This document shows, piece by piece, positions 26,611 through 38,900 of a stretch of DNA of 64,000 bases; positions within the stretch are counted from its first letter, which is position 1; every line of letters starts with the position of its first letter. A program made the position numbers and the translations under genes. The DNA comes from Eledone cirrhosa (lineage: Eukaryota), in assembly GCA_964016885.1 (NCBI GenBank), contig OZ024740.1, positions 293,880,001 through 293,944,000 on the forward strand. The letters run 5' to 3'. The notes beneath the pieces were generated by a model. It was not told the DNA's origin, did no database searches, and saw only the letters and a list, made by a program, of their open reading frames with translations.

Positions 26611-27839
26611 TAAAATTAAAATCAAAATTAAATCAAAATCAAAACACGGAGTGGAATACATGCAACAGATAACACAAGAGAATAGTACAATTATTAAAGA
26701 GGCATTGAGAAAGCAGTTTTGAGAAAGGAAGAGTGCATTAACAATTCATATGCAGGCGTGTGGATAGTGCAACTGCGTAAGTCATATACATGAGAAGGAG
26801 ACAAGCAAAGCTATTATGCATATATAGATGAATAAATACTGCACTTTAAGCAAATATGTTAATGTATTAGAATCTACGGTGGATGTTGAATGTTGATAGT
26901 GTTCGAATTAATGTGTGTTGAGAAACATACAGTTTTTGCAGACCTTTCCATGACATATGTTGAATTAAATTTTAGTTAATGTTTATATTGAATGTTTTAA
27001 GTTAGTTGGAGCAATGGATTGTAAATTAGTCTTAATGAATTCATATTCATAGACTATGTTTGATCAACCGTTAAATCTTCAATAGTTAATTTCCGGAAGT
27101 GTATAAGGGGAGCTAATGCGTAAGGGGGGTGACTAGTTAATAAGTTCAACTCAGTTATTAAAATTCCTTTTTCTAATACACAATATAATGTGATGCTGTT
27201 GGATCCCTGTTACATAACGCTGTATATGTATACCTGATTTTAAATACAGTGTATTTTACTATCATACAATAAAGGTCTCAGATTGTTATCTATTCATTAC
27301 TGGACAAGGTATATGTTATGAAGGATTATATAGCTGTTAATAGGTCATAATGGATATGCTATATGTGCCATAATATACATTATTGTTTTGAAAGTTAATT
27401 CCTAATATACAATGCTATTACATTTTATATTTAATTATAAATGTATATATATCTCCAAACCCATGCAAGCGTGGAACACGGACGTTAAACGTTGATGATG
27501 ATATACTTTATTATTATTATGTTGAGTAATTTAAGCATTTAATTATACAATTATAAATGCATATATAGTTTATTATCACATATTACATTAAATGTCTCTA
27601 CATACCAAGTACCAAATATCCATTACTGTATATGATATAATTAATCTATTGTAGTTATATCACAAGGTGGTAACTCTATGTCTAATTCCAACTGTTATTG
27701 CAGAGCATAAGGTTATAGATGAATAGGAGTTGTGTAGAGGAAAGAGTTGGTCGAAGGGTTTGTGGTTGTGGGTGCTGCTAAGTCTTAGATGTGTAGTGTT
27801 AATGGTGGTGGGGAATTCAAATCTGACATTGTTGTATAC

Positions 27840-28991
27840 TAACAGCTAGGTTTAAAGTGATGGAACGAGTGCCGGTACCGGTGTTGGCACGAGGAAAAAG
27901 TCTCTGACTTTCTATTAAGGAGGTCTAGTTTCGAAAAGATTATATTATGGGTCTCCAGAAGGCAGAGATTACACACTTTATTCGGTGGTTTATACGATGA
28001 GGCCCTACCTACTACTTCCCATTGCAGTGTAAATGGTCTATTCCTAGTTTTCAGAGAGTGTGCGTAGCTGGCTAGATTGCGTTTTTTGAAAGAGTGGAGG
28101 TGCGAGTTGTATCTCGTCTTGAAGTTGTTCGAAGTAGAACCTATATATGTTTTAGAAGAGTTGTTTGCGTTGACGGTACATGAGTAGATGATGTCTTTGG
28201 TTAAGCAATTATTACTTAAGGGGCAAGTTCTATTAGTTCTACAGTTACATTTATTCTGAGTGTTAGCTTACCGGTTCCTATGTTGTGAAGAATTCTGGTT
28301 GCTATGGATAGCACTAGGGTAATGATGTCTATCATTCGTATTGTTATTGATTTCATTAGTGCTATTATCATTATTACTATTATTACTACTATTGTTTACA
28401 GGTACTAAGTTTACCTCCTGTTGTTTTAATTAGTTGAAAATAGTTATTAATCTTCCTTTTATTACTACTAGCTATATGGTCTGCTATGTTAGGTGTGGTG
28501 GAGTACGATATTTTAATTGTATTTTTATTGATAAGGCTATGGTACTTGTGGCCGGTCGGGAAGTTTTTTCTAAGATTGAGAAGAAAGCCTTAGGCAAGTT
28601 GGTGGAGACGTTTAGATTGAAAGGGGGATTGAATAATGTATTAATTCTCCTATTTTTTTATAGTATTGTTTTTTGAGGTATTTATATCCTTGTTTATATT
28701 ATTATCTTGGTGTTTACTTTGGTGCGAGTTAAGTTTGGTATTAATCTTCGTCTTAGCGTTTTTACTATTTTTCCTCATGGCCATATTATGAGAAATAATG
28801 TTGTAACTATGCGATTTTATAGGTAGGAATTCAATCCCGTTCTTATGTCCTGATTTAGCTATGGCGTCATTATAGTATTGTGAATTATTGTTAAATATAG
28901 TTTCATTATATGATAGATTAGAGATTCTATTAGATATTCCTTTGGTAATAGAGTTTAATATGGATTTAGGGTGGTTAGAGTTGGTGTTCAC
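27840..28991 (-). mobile_element. PLE (Nematis-like) RT thumb + GIY-YIG, 5'-truncated
   Basis: SNHPKSIL..ISNRISNLS; FNPPF..NFPTGHKYH; CNCR..CPL..CL..IIY..TYIGST..FKTR; CNLCLLE; LLNRKSE..SC.H. Confidence 0.85.
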
Positions 28992-28995
28992 ATAA

Positions 28996-30700
28996 AGTAT
29001 TTGGCATTGAATTCGAAGAAATTGTTTTCCAAGATGAATTTGAGTCCCCCCAACACAAATTCTTTAGGGATGCGCTGTGGGAGTTCACTAGGGAAATTTT
29101 CAAGCCAGAATTGTATTGCCTCTATACCTAGGTTGTGTGGGATATTGAAATATAAATTGACATGAAAGGTTACTAGTAGGGTATGTTCATTATTGTGTGT
29201 TGTTGGGAGGTGGTTGAGCATGTCAAGGTCGTCCCTTATGAAGCTTTTTATGTGTTTTAGGAAAGATTTAAGCAGAATATCTAGGAAGTTGCTTACACCT
29301 CCCAACAACACACAATAAGAAACATACCCTACTAGTAACCTTTCATGTCTTCAATTTATATTCCAATATCCCACACAACCTAGGTATAGAGGCAATACAT
29401 TCTGGCTTGAAAATTTCTCTAGTGAACTTCCACGGCGCATCCCTAAAGAATTTGTGTTGGGGGGACTCAAATTCATCTTGGAAAATAATTTCTTCGAATT
29501 CAATGCCAAATACTACAGACAGAAATCTGCGACTGCCATGGGCACGAAAGTAGCCCCCTCATACGCCAACCTTGTCATGGGATATTTGGAAATCACACTC
29601 TACCGCAAAGTTCTAGACAAATACGGTAACCACTTCTACCAACACATAGAAAAAAACTGGAAGAGATATCTGAACAACTGCTTCCTCCTCTGGTATGAAA
29701 GTATAGATAGACTGATTGAGTTTAAAACCCTTCTAAATGAACTCAACGCAAACTTACAATTCACAATGGATTACAGCCATGAACAACTCCCTTTCCTCGA
29801 CATCCTCATCAAGAAAACAAGCAACAAAATAGAAACAGACATATACTACAAACCCACAGACACCAAACAATACCTCCCATTCAACTCGTGCCATCCTAGA
29901 CACACCAAAATGGCAATTCCTTATAACCTAGCCAGAAGGATCTGCACAATAGTTTCAGATAAATACGCATGCTACACACGACTAGAAGAATTAAAAAACA
30001 CACTTATCAGCAGAAACTACCCACCATCCCTAATCAACAATGGATTCCAACGTGCCCTAAAACTCGACATTCAGGAACTCAGACACCCCAAACATAGGAA
30101 TGAACTGCAACAGAAAACTCTACCATACATCTCCACACACAACCCCCTCAACAATGAGGCATGTGACACCATCCTCCAGAACATTCCTTTACTAAAAGGA
30201 GACCCAACAATGAACAAAATCCTCCAAACACACAACATCATAAAGAGCAAAAGACAACCTAAATCCATAAAAAACATCTTCACACAAGCCAAAATCCAAC
30301 CAACCCTCACAATGAACCCTACAGTAACAAAATGCGGAAGGCCCAACTGTGGCATATGCATAAATCTAATAGAAGGTTCAATATTCCATTTTAAACAAGG
30401 ACAACATTTCACAGTTAAACACAACTTTACATGTGCATCTGAAAACCTAATCTATGTTTTACCTGCTCAGGTTGTCAAGAGCACTACATAGGACAGACAA
30501 AAAACAGCCTCCGACAACGTATGACCGTCCATAAATCACAAATCAAAATACAGGAATACAGAAAGATTGCGTTTAGTGAACATATTGCGAATTGTGCACC
30601 CAACCAATATCCAAACTTTAAAATGTTCCCCATTTACAAATTCATAGACAACGCTACTTTCATCCAACAAATTCCAACCCCTACTTAATGCACTAAACTT
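28996..30700 (+). mobile_element. PLE (Neptune-like) RT + GIY-YIG with inverted 5' duplication; catalytically dead
   Basis: AMGTKVAPSYANL; RYLNN in place of YLDD; LPFLD; KPTD..YL..SCHP; CGRPNCGIC linker; NLIY..YIGQT after a frameshift. Confidence 0.9.
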
Positions 30701-30984
30701 CGGACTAAACTAAAACTGGAATGAACAATGAACCAAATACAATTACCTATATCTCTCTAAAGAGTTACCTCCCTCACACCCTACCTAATCCTTTTTCTTA
30801 AATAAATTAAATACCATCCATCATTTCTCTCCCACCCTGAATTACCTCCCCCTGTATATTAACTCTCTAAAAAGGGAAATCATATCAAACCCCAGACTAC
30901 CATTTGCCTCCATCATGGATCAACTAAGCACTCTTGCTATATTAACATATTTTGATCTGCTTATCTTCAAGAACTATTCCTGTA

Positions 30985-31155
30985 AATAATTGTTTCTACT
31001 TTTGGCACAAGGTCAGCAATTATCCCAGTGTATTACTGGTACTTTATTTTATCGACCACGTAAGGATGAAAGGCAAAGTTAACCTCGGCGGGATTTGAAC
31101 TCAGACAGCAAAGGGTCGTAACTCTATGCGGCAAAGCATGGCGTCCGACCCTCTA
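30985..31155 (-). mobile_element. Octopod-type SINE copy
   Basis: Reverse complement of the SINE at 10926. Confidence 0.85.
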
Positions 31156-31590
31156 TTTTTTCTTTCACATTACCTTATTATGTTCCACATTACGCACCCT
31201 TTTTTTTTTTCTTTTCACTTCATAAACCTTGTTTGTAAATAACATTATTCTTTCTGCACCATTTCCATAACATGTTCAACACCACCATTTTACACCAATA
31301 AATATTATTATCATTTGATAATGCATAAAAATGCTGAAACCGGAAATAGACAATTATTAAATATATAAATAAATAAATAAATAAATAAATGCCATTGTTA
31401 ATTAATAAACAAATCAACTAATACCTTAACACTTCACACAAAGTAAAATATTTCGTTTTAATCATTTTGTAACCCAGAAAAAAAAGAGAGAAAAAAATAA
31501 AAAGGAAAAAAATATATTTTTCTTCCTAATAATCGTCTTTTTCTCCCTGTTTTCATATATATCCTAACTCGTGTGCTTCCTCTCCACATT

Positions 31591-31623
<33 letters not shown>

Positions 31624-31911
31624 ATATTAATAAATGGAAACTATATTTATAAAACCATAATTATTTTATTATGCAACCAAGGTAAATTATGGTGCGCCCT
31701 CATCAGATAAAATATAGATTTGTTTTATAAATAAATATTGACATACCCGGAAAAAAGACAACCTTACAGGTTGAAATTTGTTGAATAATATTTGTTGGAT
31801 AGTATTTACTCCACTAATATTTACTAGTATTTACTTCAGTATAGTGTCGAGTGCTTTATATCAGTTATAAAATTTAAACTTGTTGCATCCCAACAAATTA
31901 AATATAACCTC

Positions 31912-31991
<80 letters not shown>

Positions 31992-32085
31992 TTTACATAT
32001 ATATATACATACATATACATATACATGTTTTGCAACTGGTCACTTTGTGGCTCAATAAAAAATTAATAAATTAACCAATCAGAGC

Positions 32086-32834
32086 TATATATCATAAAAC
32101 ATGTCTATAGAATCACAAGATAAAATATATACTATTTCCTCTCCCAATTAGCATAATTAACTATATAAAAAATCGAATAGACCAGGCTATAAGAATGAGG
32201 CTTCTATGAGGAAATCTCCGACAAATAACCGAAACTAGCGCTTCGCGTCGGCCGCAGCGGAATATTTATCGAATATTTCGACAGCGTAATCGCCCAGATA
32301 TAGTCAACTAAACAGAATTAGGTGTAAAATAAACTAGGAGAAAATAGAATACATTTAAATACCTCTACCATGGTTTCGTCCGTATTTTGAGTTTTCCAAT
32401 AATTATGTAATAATTATATAAACTCGAGCGCCGGATTCATCAGGAAGCTCGCTCTTATCTAGACACTAAATTTTCCAAAGTGATCGCGCCAAGAATTCAT
32501 TTCAAGAATTCATTTATATAATTATTATATTGGAAAACTCAAAATACGGACGAAACCATGGTAGAGGTATTTAAATGTATTCTATTTTCTCCTAGTTTAT
32601 TTTACACCTAATTCTGTTTAGTTGACTATATCTGGGCGATTACGCTGTCGAAATATTCGATAAATATTCCGCTGCGGCCGACGCGAAGCGCTAGTTTCGG
32701 TTATTTGTCGGAGATTTCTTCATAGAAGCCTCATTCTTATAGCCTGGTCTATTCGATTTTTTATATAGTTAATTATGCTAATTGGGAGAGGAAATAGTAT
32801 ATATTTTATCTTGTGATTCTATAGACATGTTTTA

Positions 32835-32843
<9 letters not shown>
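32086..32843. repeat. ~330-bp near-perfect inverted repeat with ~90-bp spacer
   Basis: 32086-32422 versus 32513-32843; one substitution and one small indel seen. Confidence 0.95.
32361..32448 (-). ncRNA. Type I minimal hammerhead ribozyme
   Basis: GCTTC-CTGATGA-A-TCCG...CGGA-C-GAAAC-CATG-GTA-GAGGT; stems I and II pair; palindromic CCATGG stem III. Confidence 0.8.
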
Positions 32844-32894
<51 letters not shown>

Positions 32895-33282
32895 CAACGC
32901 GCACTCCCAGTTCAGTCATGATACAAGAAACCTAACATCCTTTATGTAAGTGGACAGTAAATGACTTATGGAGCCGCAGAAACCCAAACACTGGACTTTA
33001 CCATCTTTCCAGGGGTCCGGGTAAGCTTTCAACCATTTATATTTTTATATATTTTTATATCTGTATATCTGTTTGACCCGAAATAGGAGATCGAATCTTC
33101 GCTGTGTGGATGATTAGTTTAACCACCATCTCAGTGTGTTTGGCCTTTAACGTAAGTTGTAAGCTCTAATTCATATGAATTATCGAGCGTTTGCCACACA
33201 ACTCGAAAGTGATTCTCGTTAATTCATGAGCTGAAATTCGATTCTCGCTAATTTTTACTTGTATATATATATATATATATAT

Positions 33283-33420
33283 AGGTCCAGAATTTGCCGT
33301 CGAAACGGCTTGAGCTCAGCCGTCGGGGTCCTACTCGTTCCTATTACCCACTCTACTACCCTAAGTATTGAGTACTTTGGTGCGTTATGGTCCACCTGGT
33401 TCCTTACCACATGTCCTCCG

Positions 33421-33422
<2 letters not shown>
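33283..33422 (+). repeat. Dispersed repeat shared with 43005-43145, PLE pLTR/5' leader-like
   Basis: GCCGTCGAAACGGCTTGAGC..CCCTAAGTATTGAGTACT.TGGTGCGTTATGGTCCA in both copies, each between (TA)n tracts. Confidence 0.8.
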
Positions 33423-33508
<86 letters not shown>

Positions 33509-33806
33509 ATACTGGGGGGGGGGGGGCGTATTGCTGTAATAATATTGCCGGAAATAACAACAGAACACACTCACTGTTTGGTTGGTTATCGCTTCTGCAA
33601 CTTTTATATCTCCAGAGTTAATTTATTTGGCAATCAATGTTTATCATTGACTGACGAACGGTTAAAAATACTGATATAAATATATATATATATATATATT
33701 CTAACAAACTTCTTTCGTTGCACATCTGCAACAACATCAGTGGTACTTTTATCATGTTTCCTCATATTGTGTTGTATTGTAGTGTTTACGCCATTTTTAT
33801 TTTATT

Positions 33807-33849
<43 letters not shown>

Positions 33850-33929
33850 TTTCTTTATTTATATTTATCTTAATTCAGTACTGTTTGTTTGGGTATGCTT
33901 GTTGTTGTTATTAGATTCCTTTTTTCTGT

Positions 33930-34246
33930 TATATTTTGGCTATCTAAACTCTATTTCGCTAGCTTCTCTGATTTGCCTACCTGTTGGGTCATTTCTATGT
34001 TTAGATATTATTTTAATTTCTATGTTGTCTATGTTACCGTCATGTTTTTGTCTGGCGTGTTCGTATAGTACTGGACCGTTATTTTTGTCCTTTAAATTCT
34101 ACCCAGTGTTGGTCTATTCTTTCTCCTATGCTTCGAGCTGTCTCACCTATGTATGTGATTGTCATGTTACTGGAAGTACCCTCTGTAAATCTTATGCTAT
34201 AGACTACATTTCTAGTTTTACAGTTTATCTGGGGGTTCACTTTACA

Positions 34247-34288
<42 letters not shown>

Positions 34289-34292
34289 TGTA

Positions 34293-34359
<67 letters not shown>

Positions 34360-34759
34360 TCTTATTAGTACAGTGGGTTTTCTTAAAGGGGTATGTTTTG
34401 CTCATCAGGGATTTTATGGTAGTTCCTGGCTTTTCTACCACTTTAATCTTTAAGTGGGTCATTCTTAGGGCCTTTCTACATTGGTTAGCTAATTTCCCGC
34501 CAGGGGTAGCATCCATGAACATGACACTCTGGTATCTCTGATTGCCGTACCATGAGGTGGCTTTCCCTATCTTATGTTTAGTCCTATCAAAACTATTCCA
34601 TGATTTGCTCCTGTATAATGGGCAAATTCCTTTCATGTCCAGTTCTATGAGGGTCTTGTACACCTCCGTGACTCCTTTGTATACTCTGATTCTGTCTCTT
34701 TGGTTGTAGCCAGAGAACTGCATGCGGTTGATGAAGTTTTGGATGCGTATTTCCATTTC

Positions 34760-34760
<1 letters not shown>
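33930..34760 (-). mobile_element. PLE of a third lineage, C-terminal part with GIY-YIG
   Basis: [50 protein letters not shown]. Confidence 0.8.
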
Positions 34761-34797
<37 letters not shown>

Positions 34798-34830
34798 ATA
34801 CATACATACATACATACATACATACATACA

Positions 34831-34866
<36 letters not shown>

Positions 34867-34912
34867 TACATATATACATATACAAACATACATATATATA
34901 TACATACATACA

Positions 34913-34948
<36 letters not shown>

Positions 34949-35098
34949 CATATACATTCATATATATATATACATATACATAAATATATATATATATATA
35001 TATTATACATTTTATTATACATTAAATTTTGCTCTGGTACTTACATAGAGCATTCTTCACTCCTATGACTTTTTCAATTTTCAACGGAAACTTCAATA

Positions 35099-35163
<65 letters not shown>

Positions 35164-35335
35164 GTGTCTGCCGTAGAGAATATATTATTTATTTATGTGT
35201 TAATCACGAACACGTGTTCTCGAGGTGTCTCGAATAATAATAATCTAAACTATAATAAAGCAAGGGCTGCGGGATTGCGTACGGTTTACTTCTTTGAATC
35301 CAGTTAGTAAAATAAGTTGGATTACTTTGAATAAA

Positions 35336-35512
35336 TGATTGTTTCTACTTTTGGCACAATGCCAGCAATTACCCAGTACATTACTGGTACTTTATTTTAT
35401 CGACCCAGTAAGGATGAAAGGCAAAGTTAACCTCGACGTGATTTGAACTCAGATCGTAAAGGGACGTAACTATGCTGGAAAGCATGTCCGACACCTCTAC
35501 CGATACTGCCAA
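35336..35512 (-). mobile_element. Octopod-type SINE copy
   Basis: Reverse complement of the SINE at 10926. Confidence 0.85.
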
Positions 35513-35956
35513 TGAAAGAATATTACATAATTTATGTGCTAAATTTCGTAAACAAATAATTTCGTAAAAATAAATAATCTAAAATTGACTTCTTTTCAAA
35601 GCTGCACTTCCATTTCAACTACCATATATATATAGAAAGAGAGATTGTGTGATGAGAGAGATAGAGAGATTATGATTTTCTACACACTGACGCGTATGAG
35701 TGTGCACATACATCTATATGTATGAGTATATAACTATAATCGCGCAAACACAAACTTATAAAAATACACACGGACATAATTCACACATACATTCACACAT
35801 ACTTTCACACAAACATACATACATTCACACATATACATTTACACAAACACACATATACAGTCATGATAGCGTTCGATTCAATTAGAAATGGGAGGGTAAA
35901 GCAAGTATAACGTTTTATTTATTTATTAACTCTTTTTTTAAACTCATTTAATATAA

Positions 35957-35990
35957 CTAGCTGAAAAACCACCCCTGGGGTGGTTTTCTG
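35957..35990 (-). mobile_element. Helitron 3' terminus
   Basis: Hairpin AAAACCACCCC-A-GGGGTGGTTTT followed by CTAG then T on the minus strand. Confidence 0.6.
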
Positions 35991-36477
35991 CTGCCTTGTG
36001 TAGTGTGTATATTGATATACGCAAGTATATATGCATGTAGATATGATACATCAAATAAAACCGTAATTGACAATATACACAGAAATTGAACGGAGACTGT
36101 GTTACACTGTCTTATGTAATCAGTAACGTAATCCATGATACATTAAAAAAAGACGATATTATATATAAACTGCATTAGGATAAAATTAGTGGCAGAAATA
36201 TATGAATATTTATTTAAACGACCACTAATCGGAAGTGTTGACATTTGAAAATTTTAAAGAGGTGAATCTTTAAATAAGTAATAAAATATATTTAATGAAC
36301 AGCCAGGAAATTTAGTAGATAAATTATGTAATATTCATTCATTATTTATTCAAAGTAATCCAACTTATTTTACTAAGGGGATAAAAAATGATAAACCGTA
36401 CGCAGTCCTGCGCTTCGGGCTTTACGGTGTTTAGTGTGGTTGTTGTGGTTTGGTGGTTGTGTGGGTGCGTTTTGGTC

Positions 36478-36600
36478 AGGCGAACAGAACTATCTTCAAC
36501 CAGCACGCAGAATACTATAACTCCGCACTTGAAAAGGCTGGTTACAAGAAGAAGATAGCTTACAATGAGCAAACTAGAAGCTCAACGCCGCTAAACCCAA
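36478..36600 (+). mobile_element. PLE thumb-domain fragment
   Basis: IFNQHAEYYNSALEKAGY matches IFNKAAPYYNKALKKSGF of the other PLEs. Confidence 0.6.
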
Positions 36601-37025
36601 ACAGACCCTTAGAAACGCAAATAGACGAGGACACCCTACCTAGAACAAATACTAAGCAAAGTCAACAGGACAGGCTGCGTTACATACAACTGCCAAGGAG
36701 ATAAAACTATACCCTCCAACACGAATAAGGATGCTGAATATCGCACCAACTTATCAACCCCCACGTACACTACAAGCAAAAACCTCCCTTTGAATTAATC
36801 CACCAAACAAAACAAACTTCACTGACCACGATAGGAACATCTGACTTTATCATACGGCATGTATATTTGCTTTTCCATTAACATTACAAGGGGTCTCACG
36901 AGCCGCGGATTACAGAGTCGGGTCAGATCGATACAGATCGAACCTTGAGCTGATCAGTGGTGAAACATCCGTCACCAACCATTAAACCTAATCAAAGAGT
37001 AGCCAATCGTCGTTGTTATCTTATT

Positions 37026-37072
<47 letters not shown>

Positions 37073-37550
37073 TAGACTGAAAAATGCGGGCGCATGTGTA
37101 TTAATATTCTTAAATAATAATAAACCTGGAAAAGTACAGGACAAGTAGAATTAACTCTTAAAATATTGAAGCTGGAATTTGAATTTGATGAATTCAATGT
37201 ACAGTAAAATTAGCAATGCCAAGAGATAATAAGAAATAATAATGTATTAGGGGATTTATTAGATATTAAGTCATCAGTTTGCCTAAGTCAGCAATCACCA
37301 TTTTGCCAACCAAATGCAATTAATGTCATCAATCTTTTGTACATAAATTGTCAGTTCATTTAAGTTGTCACTTTCTTTGTCCCTTTAGTGGGTTAATTAT
37401 ACTGTATTACTTTAAAAATTGACATTAAAAATTAATTGAAATTAATAGTAAAAAGTAATGAGCTAAATTTTGCATAAATTGTCATATTAAAATTATTAAT
37501 CTAATTTCATTTTAAAAAAAGTTAAGCCGAAATTTGTCAAGTTCGAATTA

Positions 37551-37669
37551 CAGTTGACTCTCCCTAATTGTCAGCGCCATTTCTGGCCCAACTTTTATTT
37601 TTTGTGACTCTCCCTAATTGTCAGTCATTTTTACAGTTCCTTTGAGTGACAATTAAAGATAGTCAACTG
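37551..37669. mobile_element. 119-bp Tc1/mariner (pogo-like) MITE
   Basis: 23-bp TIRs CAGTTGACTCTCCCTAATTGTCA / TGACAATTAAAGATAGTCAACTG (20 of 23 match) with TA on both sides. Confidence 0.8.
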
Positions 37670-38654
37670 TATTTCAAAAAGAAAATTTAGAGATCAAGTG
37701 CAATATCATTCTGATTGATAATCTGGATTACTGTTCCTTTCTTATGAGGAAAGCAGAGACTATCTTTTAGAGATTAGCACCAAAGATTAACTAGGCCATT
37801 CCTAATGAATCAAGGTGATTTCTAGATCGTTTTTAATTATTTAATTAATAATTAAAGTAAAAAATTATCTTGGTTGTCTTTAGGTCATTCTTGTGTTATT
37901 CTAAATCTATCCATGAAAGAGCTAGGAATGACCATTCCACATGCCAGTGCTGAAACGCTGGCACAGAAATGCCTGCACCAAAACGTCCTGTTCCATGCCT
38001 TCTTAACAACCTTCACTTCCTTGTGATTAAGTGTGATGTCATAGGCTTATTATTGTACATTTAATTCATCAAATTCAAATTCCAGCTTCAATATTTTAAG
38101 AGTTAATTCTACTTGTCCTGTACTTTTCCAGGTTTATTATTATTTAAGAATATTTGTAATTGCTGGCCTTGTGCCAAAAGTAGAAACAATTATTATTTAA
38201 GAATATTAATACACATGCGCCCGCATTTTTCGGTCTAGTCCCCTTTTTTTTAAGGCATTGCAGCAAAGCAAATTATTTTATTTAAATTACCTTGACCATT
38301 TGCTAAGGCATTTACAATCATTTTTTTCATCAATAAAAATTAATTTTTCATTTCAATATTTCTATAAAATCCAAAATATTAAAATTGAAAAGGTATTTTG
38401 TAGAATATAATCAATAGAGACATTTGCCTTTTCTGAACACCCGTACTACAAGCCTTCAGGTGTGCCCATAGAGACAAAGCTATAATTGACTATACTCTAA
38501 TGATCAATTTAGAGTTTAACTTAAGTGAACTTAATGATGCTAGAAAAACAAGCAATTAAAATAACTGAGTCAAAACTAAATAAAATTAAGTCGTAAATAA
38601 ATAAAATGCCAATAAACAGTGAGCTCAAATTCAACAATAATTTGTCCATAATTA

Positions 38655-38900
38655 GCAGTTAGTCCAAAATAAAATTAAGTAGTCCAGAATTAGCATTTAG
38701 TCCAAAATAAAATTATGTAGTCGAAAATCAGCATTTAGTCCAAAATAAGCAGCAAGTAGTCAAAAATAAAATTAAGTAGTCCCAAATCAGCATTTAGTCC
38801 AAAATAATCAGCAAGTAGTCCAAAACAAAATGAAGTAGTCCAAAATTAACAGTAGTCCTAATTATAAGTTGGTAGTCCAAGATCAATAGTCCAAAATCAA
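38655..38900. repeat. ~19-21-bp minisatellite built on TAGTCCAAAAT, in the Helitron 3' region
   Basis: About 12 recurrences of TAGTCCAAAA. Confidence 0.85.

Noticed and set aside
31310-31348. TTGATAA-TGCAT..ATGCT-GAAACCGG hammerhead-like remnant
   Set aside because: Too many core changes to support a call
31690-31712. CTGATGAG on the minus strand as a hammerhead
   Set aside because: No matching stem II or GAAA box found
33705-33746. Hammerhead-like CTGATGT-T-GTTGCA..TGCAAC-GAAAG (minus) behind the 34-kb PLE
   Set aside because: Core A mutated, and no cleavage triplet or stem I partner; a remnant at best
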